A stretch of 63,834 bases of DNA, the filler included, from Octopus bimaculoides (Eukaryota), in the NCBI RefSeq assembly GCF_001194135.2. It is 7 parts of 6 records of this genome, joined end to end, with 100 filler letters (N's around TTAATTAATTAA, not from the genome) between each part and the next. Parts side by side here need not be neighbours in the genome. Positions count along the whole stretch, not along the records: positions 48,431 to 55,201 come from NC_069003.1; positions 55,302 to 57,417 come from NC_069010.1; positions 57,518 to 60,905 come from NC_068988.1; positions 61,006 to 63,834 come from NC_068983.1; 3 more parts are not named here. One strand, given 5' to 3'. This document shows positions 52,421 through 63,834 of the stretch, piece after piece. The notes beneath the pieces were generated by a model. That model made no database searches. It had not been told where the DNA came from and saw only the letters and a list, made by a program, of their open reading frames with translations. Every line of letters begins with the position of its first letter. Within the stretch, counting starts at the first letter, position 1. The translations under genes were made by a program, and so were the position numbers.

Positions 52421-52991
52421 GTAAAACCACTCTTAACCACTACGACATATGCCCGTGGGCAGACAATTTGGAATCTGATTATAGCTTTAATTGTTCTTAT
52501 TTGTTCCCTTTCAGCGCCATGTTTTAAGAATTCGCTGAGGACATATGACCACAGGGTTGTAGATAGATACCTATTTTCCCTAACACTCTCAGATATTTTG
52601 CAACAAACCAAAAATGTATAAAATCAAGAAAATAACAAAATGTTGTGTACTGCATGTCATCTCAGATCATTTTGTCATTAAACATGAAATAAACATCCTA
52701 AATGTTGCGCATTCTAATGTCAGTGAGTATATATCAGTTAATTTGAAATTCTTCAAAAAAATTCGTTCTTTATTTACCATTAAATAGTGTCAGATTGAAA
52801 TGTCACAAAGTTGTTGTTCACATTTTCATTTGTTTGTATGTTTATATTTATTTGGTTACAAATTTCATTGACTTTCCATTGACTTTTCCTGCATTAAAAC
52901 AAATTTATTATTTGCAGAGAAGTTAGCTGAGTGTAAGTCAATTATACGCATGTATGTATCTATGTATCTATGTATATATGTATATATTTAC

Positions 52992-53066
<75 letters not shown>

Positions 53067-54248
53067 TATACATATGTATATACGTGAATATATATACATA
53101 TATACATGCATATATATATATATACACAAAAACACCCCCACCCCGCAGACACACACATATTCGTAGCGATATACTATAAACTCAGACACAAAAATGTGTG
53201 AGTATATTTGTGAATGTGTTTCTTTTTTGCATGTGTGTGCGTGTGTTTGTGTGTGTGTGTAGAAACACAAGCAATTTATTAGGTTTTGCCACGGCTCATA
53301 AATAGAAACAATTTTTTAATAGTTCCTTTTATACTTGTACTGGGTTTCGATTTTGGAAAGCGATATGATAGAAACTCGAGATATACTGGGACGTGGGACT
53401 AGTTACTGGTTGCATATCCATGACGTTTTTCACATTATACCCGCTAATTATGATCATTTATACTGTGCAATTTGTGAGTCATATGGCCTTACATACATAA
53501 CTACATATATATATATGCATACATACATTTTACACACACACACGCGCGCGCGCGCGTACGTATTCGTTTATTTCGAATGACACTAAACATACCAAGATGT
53601 AACAGAACAGCTAAACGTATGTAAGAGTCTGACCTTCAGAAAAATGGAAGGATTTTTCGAAGTTTACAGCCTACGCTCTTCTACAGAAAGGATTGAGGAG
53701 AGAGAACAGATCGAAATAGGACAAAATGGAGAGAAACAAAACGTGTCTAGATTAATAGATTACGAGTCGCCCATGTTGACTTGACCGCCAGAAGAAAGTA
53801 GTTCGAGGTGTGGGTGGAGAGTGGAACAAAACTGACCTGGCTTACATATACGCGTATTTTGTCAACATTCAGTAATTCCTATATGAAAAGTGGCTATACC
53901 ATTACGACATAATTGATATTAATTCGAATTACAGTGATTGTTTTACCTATCCCGAGTTCATAGAATATAAGCCAGCACTCAGGAAGTATAAATATATATA
54001 AACAAGCTTTATTTGATGCTGAGATATATTGGTCATAGCTATAACTTAAGTTGTGATGAACCGAGAGAATGAGAGATACAAAAAGAAGAGAATTACGTTT
54101 ACATAACGAGCATTATGCAGTTTAGCATTCGCTTTCGTCTGTAAGGATGCAACTATAAACATGTACGCGCATATGTGTGCATACTATGCATATCTACCTA
54201 TCTATATTTATATATATTTATACAGATATATATATATATATACACACA

Positions 54249-54285
<37 letters not shown>

Positions 54286-54777
54286 NNNNNNNNNNNNNNN
54301 NNNNNNNNNNNNNNNNNNNNNNNNNNNNNNNNNNNNNNNNNNNNNNNNNNNNNNNNNNNNNNNNNNNNNNNNNNNNNNNNNNNNNNNNNNNNNNNNNNNN
54401 NNNNNNNNNNNNNNNNNNNNNNNNNNNNNNNNNNNNNNNNNNNNNNNNNNNNNNNNNNNNNNNNNNNNNNNNNNNNNNNNNNNNNNNNNNNNNNNNNNNN
54501 NNNNNNNNNNNNNNNNNNNNNNNNNNNNNNNNNNNNNNNNNNNNNNNNNNNNNNNNNNNNNNNNNNNNNNNNNNNNNNNNNNNNNNNNNNNNNNNNNNNN
54601 NNNNNNNNNNNNNNNNNNNNNNNNNNNNNNNNNNNNNNNNNNNNNNNNNNNNNNNNNNNNNNNNNNNNNNNNNNNNNNNNNNNNNNNNNNNNNNNNNNNN
54701 NNNNNNNNNNNNNNNNNNNNNNNNNNNNNNNNNNNNNNNNNNNNNNNNNNNNNNNNNNNNNNNNNNNNNNNNNNNNN

Positions 54778-54810
<33 letters not shown>

Positions 54811-55164
54811 CCTTACAAAATTATACCCTATCAGTTACGACCATAATATTTACATAGGTATACGTACACTCGCTCAAAAACAACTGTGCATGTGTGCGTG
54901 TATGTATGCATACTGAAAAGCTCGATCGCATTATCTCAAAAGTGTGTCTCCACACAAGTAATTGTACATACATAAAGAGTAACTTCTCATACACAGAAGC
55001 ATTGAGTACGCACACACGCACATACACACGCACACACACATATATATATATTGTCAAACATATGCGTGTGTGTGAATGTAAAGAGAGAGAACGACTGTGA
55101 TAGAGAAATTGAATCATACACGCAAAATAATGTGTCTACGTATACAGATGAATGTTTATAAGTG

Positions 55165-55201
<37 letters not shown>

Positions 55202-55301
55202 NNNNNNNNNNNNNNNNNNNNNNNNNNNNNNNNNNNNNNNNNNNNTTAATTAATTAANNNNNNNNNNNNNNNNNNNNNNNNNNNNNNNNNNNNNNNNNNN
55301 N

Positions 55302-55514
55302 TGATCACCTCTGCTGATCAAACTCCCAACCCATGCGCTCCAGTTGCAACAGTGATTCTGCCCAAATTTGACATCATTTTACTTAGTTTGGTTTGAAATA
55401 AAGAACTTGATTAGCTTAATAATNNNNNNNNNNCTTAGTTTGGTTTGAAATAAAGAACTTGATTAGCTTAATAATCCCAACTTTATCCCGGGCAAAGCCG
55501 GGCTATACTGCTAG
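55302..55514 (+). mobile_element. Helitron-type 3' end
   Basis: Hairpin CCCGG-GCAAAG-CCGGG (55487-55502), 8-nt spacer, then CTAG followed by T (55511-55515). Confidence 0.7.
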
Positions 55515-55683
55515 TTAGTTATAAATATACAAACCATTCTTCAAATTAGTTTATAACATTAATATATTCCTCACTTATCAAATCTCAACAATTCTTCATT
55601 TTATTATATTTTTCAATGATATTAATATTGAACAGATCGATAAAATACTAGGGAGTGTATATAATATGTATATGTTAACTAAC

Positions 55684-55720
55684 CTGGGACAGCATCAAGG
55701 TCACCACATCATATTGTTCA
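55684..55720 (-). CDS. Ankyrin-repeat protein, next exon
   Basis: 37-nt phase 2-0 exon with acceptor tccattcctttcag and donor CAG|gttagt. Gives (S)EQYDVVTLMLSQ, completing the repeat TPLDLAVVSEQYDVVTLMLSQ begun in the previous exon. Confidence 0.82.
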
Positions 55721-56219
55721 CTGAAAGGAATGGACGAGGAAAGAAAAATATAGAAAATACGAAAATCATAGAGGTTGAGATAATTAATAATTATTAGGTC
55801 AGTAATTAATGAAAACAGATATAATGAGCTACTTACAACCTATTTACATCAATAATTATATAGACAAACATACATATAATCGATATATACACTCTAACCA
55901 GTTAATGAATCATATACACACATCTGAATAAACACCACAATGTTTTCTATGGTACAACGAACAGCAAGTTGACCTTAGCTGGATTTGAACTCGAAATGTC
56001 ATGGGTCATTAATAAATACCTACAGTGATGAGAAGCAGGAAGAGGATAGAATCCCTGAATATCACTGGTATAGATTATATTGACCCCAAAGTGACAATAG
56101 ATACTCTGGCAGTATTTGAACTTGGAACAAAAAAAAAACAAAAGTAAATCCTGTAAGGGGATGGTTCCGTCATTTAACCCTGAGTCAGAGGAAAAAGGGA
56201 CATTATAAAAGAGGCATAG

Positions 56220-56267
<48 letters not shown>

Positions 56268-56808
56268 NNNNNNNNNNNNNNNNNNNNNNNNNNNNNNNNN
56301 NNNNNNNNNNNNNNNNNNNNNNNNNNNNNNNNNNNNNNNNNNNNNNNNNNNNNNNNNNNNNNNNNNNNNNNNNNNNNNNNNNNNNNNNNNNNNNNNNNNN
56401 NNNNNNNNNNNNNNNNNNNNNNNNNNNNNNNNNNNNNNNNNNNNNNNNNNNNNNNNNNNNNNNNNNNNNNNNNNNNNNNNNNNNNNNNNNNNNNNNNNNN
56501 NNNNNNNNNNNNNNNNNNNNNNNNNNNNNNNNTTTATGTGGAATCAAACAAAGAAGAGAAAGGATTTGAACCTATAATGTTGTGGTATGGGGGATGAGGT
56601 GGAATAAAGGATTTAGTCAGGTGACAAAAACAAGAATAATAATTATGGAGACGATTAATTAATGTGGTAGATTACAGTGTCATTACAGTATGAGAGAGGG
56701 TAGAAGGATGACCCATGGTGGGATTATGATATGATTGATTCAGTAAAACAAAACATTATTGAAAGGTAAGAAAGAGATTTGGATATTCCGGATCCAATGA
56801 GGACTTAC

Positions 56809-57417
56809 CTTACAACTGCCAGATCTAGAGGTGTGTTACCAGATTTATTTATCTTACTGTTATTAATGCCAGGATGCTGCAGTAACAGTCTAACAGTCTC
56901 TGTGCGTTCCTTTGCACAGGCGCCGTGTAGAGCTGTGTCACCATCACTGTTTTCCATATTTATATCAATACCAGGCTTGTTCAGTAGATGTTGAACAATG
57001 TCTGTGTGTCCATTAGCACACGCAACATATAGTGGTGTTNNNNNNNNNNNNNNNNNNNNNNNNNNNNNNNNNNNNNNNNNNNNNNNNNNNNNNNNNNNNN
57101 NNNNNNNNNNNNNNNNNNNNNNNNNNNNNNNNNNNNNNNNNNNNNNNNNNNNNNNNACTGACGACCATTCCAGATTGCTGCAGTAGAAGTTTAAAAGTCT
57201 CTGGCTTTCCATTTATACATGCCCGATGTAGAGGTGTGTTACCGTGTTTATCTACCATACAGACGTCAATACCAGACTTTTTCAACAGATGCTTAAGAAT
57301 GTCTGTGTGCCCACCAGCACTGGCCAGATGTATGGGTGTTTCACCATCATTATTTGTCGCATTTACGTTAATGCTAGACTGCTTCAGTAGATGTTCAACA
57401 GTTTCTGGCTCTCCATT
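56809..57417 (-). CDS. Ankyrin-repeat protein, large exon (5' end lost in a linker gap, internal N gap 57040-57156)
   Basis: Open frame NGEPETVEHLLKQSSINVNATNNDGETPIHLASAGGHTDILKHLLKKSGIDVCMVDKHGNTPLHRACINGKPETFKLLLQQSGMVVS-gap-TPLYVACANGHTDIVQHLLNKPGIDINMENSDGDTALHGACAKERTETVRLLLQHPGINNSKINKSGNTPLDLAVV. Shows repeated G-x-TPLH-x-A motifs; donor AAG|gtaagt, phase 2. Confidence 0.92.
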
Positions 57418-58046
57418 NNNNNNNNNNNNNNNNNNNNNNNNNNNNNNNNNNNNNNNNNNNNTTAATTAATTAANNNNNNNNNNNNNNNNNNNNNNNNNNN
57501 NNNNNNNNNNNNNNNNNTATGTATATATATATATATATATGCATTTGTGTGTCTGCGTTTGTCCCCCCCCCCATCGCTTGACAATAGTTGTTGGTCTGTT
57601 TACATCTATGTAGCTTAACGGTTCGGTAAAAGTGTTCGATAAAATCAGTACTAGGCTTACAAAGAATAAGTATTGTGGTCAATTTGTTCTTCTAAAGGCG
57701 GTGCTCCAGCATGGTCGCAGTCAAATGACTGAAACAAGTAAAGGAATAAAAGAACACTCGTGGCACTCGTAGCAGTAAAATAACTAGTGTCATACTACCA
57801 TTAGTGGATAGCAAAGAGATGACGTTATACAAGCATTCAATATATGTACGTATTCTAATGGATAAGCCTATATTTTTATAGTTTTATTCTGTGGATTCAT
57901 TTTTTATGTATATCATATAATATCTTCGTTGTAGATAAATTTAATTAATTTTGATAGACCACTCTGCTTAATATGCTTTATGTGAAACAGTTATTGCTAT
58001 ATTTATTTCTGTTAATATAATATGTTTTGTAGCTTGATTTTGAGTT

Positions 58047-58112
<66 letters not shown>

Positions 58113-58177
58113 TCACTTTAATTTATTTCTACGACAAGGTTTTATATCTGGAATCCTTTCACTTCAGCCATTCTTTA

Positions 58178-58740
58178 TACGGGGGGGTTGAATCATTAAG
58201 TATCCGCAATGCACTTATAAAACCCCTCACCAGCGACAATGTCTTTCCAAGAAAGTGTTAGAAAATGGCACGATCAATATCAAAGCAATGCAAAGATTGC
58301 TGGAATATTTCAAGACGGTTTTGTTGGTGTAAGTCTTTGTTGTTTTAGGATCTATGCTGTACAATCTTTATTAAATCCAACTCTTTTCTGACCGATTTCA
58401 CAAGCAGTATAAAGACTAGTTTGGATATTATTTGTGACTCCATCAATAGTTACTCGGCACCATGTTGAGACTTCGTTCAACGTTGCCATCGTCATAAGAC
58501 CTGGCAGAATGTGTGACTTCTTTTACCCCGAACATTGCATGCTTTCTTTTGAATTCCCATCCATTGATAGAAAGTTCGTGACAGCCAAACGCAGTTCTTT
58601 TACTGTGCTGAAAATATTGGCTGCGTTTTGCTCTTTGATACATCTTCATGAAACAAATTGCTTTATGCTGTTCTTTATTGGAGGAAACAGATATTGGAAT
58701 AGTCAAACTAAACTATTGACTTAGGAAAGTTCATTTCAGA
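58178..58740 (-). mobile_element. Internally deleted mariner relic (N-terminal HTH region to first catalytic motif, then terminal repeat)
   Basis: EQHKAICFMKM...W.FKRK...HSARS, then RVTIDGV...KRVGFNKDC and FL...DIVAGEG (degenerate IVTGDE); end TACGGGGGGGTTGAATC at 58178. Confidence 0.7.
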
Positions 58741-60519
58741 GAAAGACAACATCTAGTGATGTAAGCGCAACTAATTTCCCAACCAACAGGAAATTTTTGT
58801 AAGAGCATTGCAGGTAATTAATGCTTAAGTCTAATATTTCGTTATATGTGTTTGAAGTTTTGTATGAGACAACAGACATACATTTATAAATACATATACT
58901 CACAGGCATACACACACGTTTGTAATTTTCTAAATTTTTAAATAGGTACAATGTTACAAAAGTGGCTCAACGAAATTTTCATGTACAATATCACATTGAC
59001 TTTAAATCCTAAATTTGCTCGCTTATATAGTGTAAATTACAATTCTTTCTGGAATGTTCTAATTCGAATTAACGTTCAAGAGTTGCGTATAAATTGGAAA
59101 TTTCGAATAATCTGCCCGTTGAAAAATGAAGGCTTAAGAAAATAATGAAATACAAGCAAATAAGCACACACAAACAAACACACTCACTCATACACACATA
59201 CACACACACACAAACACACACACACACACACACACACATGTGTGTGTGTGTATACACCACTGCTACAAACATGTAAAATACATGTTCTTGAACGTCTGAA
59301 TATATTCCTATATAAGCACTTAAATATACATAAATATGTTATGAGAAATCAATTATACATATATATTTTCCTACGAATACATCCCTCCACACAGATCCTC
59401 TGATGCAAGAAAGAAGACAAAATATAACCCCACTTTTGGGTGAAACTTTTTAACTAATATTTCCAGATTCTTCTTGAATTAAGTCAATAGAAGTATCGAC
59501 AATATCTGCAAAATTTTAAATAGATATGACCTCAAAATAAATTGTAGATGCAGAGATAATTTTGCCTACTCTTTAGTTGAATTTAATTGGAAGGAATTAG
59601 TACCCTCTTCCATCCATTATTTCTCATCACTTAGCAGCTATCACAACGGGAGTAAAAACTCTACATTCGGTAAATGCCTTGACAAAAGCATTGTTTAGTA
59701 CACCGCTATTTTCACCAATGATAATAATACCTGTAGTACATAGGCCTTACCGGGAACTCGTTCGATTCTTGATATGCCCAACGTACTAGCATGTTTAGAT
59801 ATGAAACTAAAAAAGCAGAAGCAACACTCTGGAGTTTAAAATTTTGTGCTTGAATAACAGAGGTACCTCTGACAATAAAAGTGAAATGCTCATTATCCGA
59901 TCTGCTCCTGCATAAATCAATAACCACAAGTGCCCCTTCCCCTATTCGAGATCATCAGTACCGTTACACAAAATGTTAATCAATTACATTCTCTAGTAGA
60001 ATTGACATGTTCATGTTCTCGGAAAAGTAAATATATTCTATAGTCATGTAAGCTACCCACTTGATGATAATCCGCAGGCTTTTAATTCATTCTGAAGGCT
60101 GACACCCGATAGCCTTTTATCCCTCCCTCCTGCATTTACTTACCGTTACTTACTGTTTTTAATTATTCAGTTATTTTATTTCATTTCATTATATAAGCTA
60201 ATATATCGGTAGAGTTTCATATATTGATATTTTTGCAAGTTGATTATACGAATAATATGCATATCTGAAAATATATGTCTTCCACAAGTAATAGAATCAT
60301 GGCTATGCATAATGATATGCATGTACATATCTGTACAGCTTTGTGCGTACATATAAATATAATGTATGTATATATGGGCATATGCATGTAAGGATGCAGG
60401 CACATACATAAACATATAAATGTAATTCTATGTAAGTGTTGTTGCATATGGATGCGTATATATGCCTAGATATATACTTGTCCTTATATATATAATCTTT
60501 TATTCTTTTATTGCTTTAT

Positions 60520-60744
60520 TTGTTTGACTGCGGCCAACCAGGAGCACCACCTTTAGTCGAACAAATCGACCCTAAGACTTATTCTTTGTAAGCCTAGTAC
60601 TAGTACTTATTTTATCGGTCTCTTTAGCCGAACCGCTACGTTACGGGGACGTGAACACACCAACATGTGTTGGTGGTGGTGGTGGGGGCAAAAATAGAAA
60701 CACAAATACATGCATACATACATACATACATATACATACATACA

Positions 60745-60775
<31 letters not shown>

Positions 60776-61438
60776 CACGGGGTTTTTCACTTTCCGTCTA
60801 CCAAATCGACTCACAAAGCTTTGGGTCGGCCCGAGGATATGGTTCAAGAGGCTTGCTCAAGGTGCCACGCAGTGGGACTGAACCCAGAACTATGTGTTTT
60901 GTAAGNNNNNNNNNNNNNNNNNNNNNNNNNNNNNNNNNNNNNNNNNNNNTTAATTAATTAANNNNNNNNNNNNNNNNNNNNNNNNNNNNNNNNNNNNNNN
61001 NNNNNATATATATGTGTATGTATGTATACATATATGAACAGGCTTCACTCGTTTTCCGTCTACAAAATCCACTAACAAGGCTTTAGTTGGCTCGGGGTTA
61101 TAATGGAAGACTGAACCAGGAACCATGTGGTTGGAAAGTAAGCTTCTTACCACACAGTTACACCTGCAACTATATATACTTAACTAGTTTCATAGTTGTT
61201 GATTTTCAAATGCATCATTTCTGGTTGTGTATATATTCTCTTTTGATGACGCTATGAACCTACTAGTATCTGGTAAGCGGAACTTTAAACAGCCAGATGC
61301 TTTCAAATAATATATAATATATGTAAAATATAACCATGTAGTTCCGGGTTAATTCGGACAGTGTGCTACCTTGACCAAGTGTCTTCTAATGTCACCTTGT
61401 GAGTTGATTTGGTAGAGAAACTGTAAGTTGCCCGTCAC

Positions 61439-61500
<62 letters not shown>

Positions 61501-61561
61501 GTGTGTGTGTGTGCGTGTGTGTGTGTGCGTGTGTGTGTGCGTGTGTGTGTGCATGTGTGAG

Positions 61562-61597
<36 letters not shown>

Positions 61598-61868
61598 TGT
61601 GTGTGTGTGTGTCTATGTTAGTCCCCCGCCACCGCTTGACATCCAGTATTGGTGTATTTACGTCCCTGTGTATTTACTTAGAATAAGTACAAGACAGCAA
61701 AAGACTAAGTACTGGCATCGGTTCATTCGACAAACCTTGCTTCAACAATTAAAAGATAAAAGTTATGTGTATATATATATATATGCATATATACATATGC
61801 ATATATATATATGTGTGTGTGTGTGCGTGTGTGTGTATGTGTGTGTGTGTATCTATCTATTTATCTAT

Positions 61869-61900
<32 letters not shown>

Positions 61901-62600
61901 CTTTGTGCCTGTGTTGTCCCNNNNNNNNNNNNNNNNNNNNNNNNNNNNNNNNNNNNNNNNNNNNNNNNNNNNNNNNNNNNNNNNNNNNNNNNNNNNNNNN
62001 NNNNNNNNNNNNNNNNNNNNNNNNNNNNNNNNNNNNNNNNNNNNNNNNNNNNNCCCCACCCGCCATAGCTTGACAACCGTTGTTGGTGTGTTTATGTCCC
62101 CGTAAATTAGCGGTTCGGCAGAATAAGTCCTGGGGTCGATTTGTCCGACTAAAGGCGGTCCTCCAGCACGGCCGCAGTCAAATGACTGAAACGTGTAAAA
62201 GAAAAAAAGAAAAATATATTTATGGCGCAGGAGTGACTGTGTGGTAAGTAGCTTGCTTACCAACCACACGGTTCCGGGTTCAGTTCCACTGCGTGGCACC
62301 TTGGGCAAGTGCCTTCTGCTATAGCCTCGGGCCTACCAAAGCCTTGTGAGTGGATTTGGTAGACGGAAACTGAAAGAAGCTTGTCGTATATATGTATATG
62401 TATATGTGTGTGTGTTTGTGTGTCTGTGTTTGTCCCCCCAACATCGCTTGACAACCGATGGTGGTGTGTTTACGTCCCCGTAATTTAGCGGTTCGGTAAA
62501 AAGAGACCGATAGAACAAGTAAAAGAGAGAGTAAGAGAGTGTGGTACCCCAGTATTGCTGCAGCCTCAAGGCTGAAACATATAAAAGAATAAAAGAATAT
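60520..62600. mobile_element. Cluster of CORE-like SINE B copies (minus 60520-60905 and 61030-61150; plus 61330-61760, 62054-62200, 62224-62600); tails also at 51240-51420 and 57545-57752
   Basis: Family B head, core and tail motifs with internal TA/TG arrays; the cluster spans a linker gap. Confidence 0.8.
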
Positions 62601-63054
62601 ATATGTGAGAAAATCAATAGCATATGAAAATACAAGAAAAGCAGAGCTGATCAACAAAAAGAGACCAGACCCAGGTATATACTGAACGAGAGAGGATCAT
62701 ATGAAAGAGAGTAAAATGTCGGTATTTAACAATATTTTCCATTGATGTTTTTAGACGGAAAATACCTCGGATGTTACCAAGATAAAGTTAGTCCCAGGTT
62801 AATGAGTTTCGTGCGACATTATGTAGAAAGTGTAACACAGTGTCTCAGAATTTGCCACTCGCATGATTTTAAATATGCTGGACTACAAGTAAGTATTTCT
62901 ACGTTTAGTTAGATTATACTTGTTGCTTACTTTTCTTTCTTACTGCAGATAGAGATATCTATACTAGCTATTGTATCTAATTTATTGCACCTATCTTATG
63001 TCACATACGCACTCATTCACATATATTCATCGTCATTCTTAGTCTTCTTTCTCT

Positions 63055-63072
63055 TCATTTCTTCTTCTTCTT

Positions 63073-63158
<86 letters not shown>

Positions 63159-63160
63159 TA
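63055..63160. repeat. (TTC)n-(TTA)n compound microsatellite
   Basis: Direct reading of the sequence. Confidence 0.95.
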
Positions 63161-63722
63161 TTGAGTGAGAGAGCAGGGCATGCTATCAAAGTGATACTGG
63201 GGTAAAATATACGAAGCCCATTATACACATCATGACTACCCGTTTGATAAGGGTACACCAGGCACATGCATCACGATCATATGTGTGTGTGCAACATGGT
63301 GATCTCATCTCGAGATAAACAGCGCATGAACTCGCAGGTGGGGCCCAGTTAGAATTTTCTTCAGGTCGAGTAGCCCATCCTGCTCAAAAGGTCCCCGAAT
63401 AAAGGTTGTTTAAGGATGTTGAGCAAAACACCCATGCTTCCAAAAGTGAATTATTCAAACCTCAAAGAATTCCTCTCAACACATGGCTATGATGCTCCCC
63501 CACTACTTCTCCTCGTGACCAGAGATGCACATATCGTCAGCCACCAAGGGACATGCTCAACTGGTTAAGGTCAAACAACTGACAAGCAAATCTGTGGTAT
63601 TAAGCAGAATATTTGCTGTAGCTCATCTTTTATACCAAGACAAAACAATGTGCATGATAACACTTCCAATCAATTAAGATCAGAAGCCACGGGAGCCACT
63701 GTCTGGTACTGCATCCGGGCAT
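63161..63722 (-). mobile_element. About 560-bp noncoding retroposon flanked by ATT repeats on both sides
   Basis: Long (AAT)n 3' tail, short ATTTATTATTATT at the other end, no long ORF, second copy at 29488. Confidence 0.7.
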
Positions 63723-63734
63723 TTATTATTATTA

Positions 63735-63834
63735 AGGCGGTGAGCTGACAGAATCGCTAGTACGTCGGAAAAAATGGTTAGCGGCATTTCGTCCATTCTT
63801 ACTTTCCAAGTACAAATTCCGCCGAGGTCGACTT
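63735..63834 (+). mobile_element. SINE A 5' part, cut by the window end
   Basis: GGCGGTGAGCTGACAGAATCG...AAATTCCGCCGAGGTCGACTT. Confidence 0.85.

Noticed and set aside
55381-55473. Direct repeat of about 40 bp either side of a 10-N gap
   Set aside because: Typical unmerged contig overlap; assembly artefact.
56809-57417. Ankyrin gene nested in an SK intron, or an ankyrin-SK fusion
   Set aside because: Three linker gaps separate them, so adjacency is unproven; SK channels have no ankyrin domain.

Overview
AT-rich, microsatellite- and SINE-dense eukaryotic draft sequence with many N gaps. The repeat families and overall style point to a coleoid cephalopod, probably Octopus (inference). Six identical 100-bp spacers (N44-TTAATTAATTAA-N44) cut the window into seven pieces whose adjacency is unproven. 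Well-supported host coding sequence is limited to two genes. (1) Three minus-strand exons of a small-conductance Ca2+-activated K+ channel (SK/KCNN; S6 end plus calmodulin-binding domain) at 30470-30580, 24008-24135 and 23065-23134. (2) Two minus-strand exons of an ankyrin-repeat gene at 56809-57417 and 55684-55720. The rest is mostly at least three tRNA-derived SINE families, decayed RTE and R4/Dong-type LINEs, three mariner relics, piggyBac-type MITEs, a Helitron 3' end and a tRNA-Gly-headed retroposon. The most interesting observations are: an in-frame 198-nt SK calmodulin-binding two-exon module bracketed by inverted SINEs and fed by an extreme poly(U) acceptor; a CpG-decayed block matching the SK-containing piece; a near-perfect 287-bp palindrome with a degenerate minimal-hammerhead-like motif; SINE tails shared with a neighbouring LINE-like end; and an amplified head-to-head SINE fusion. 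All coordinates and alignments were read by eye; no database search was run.
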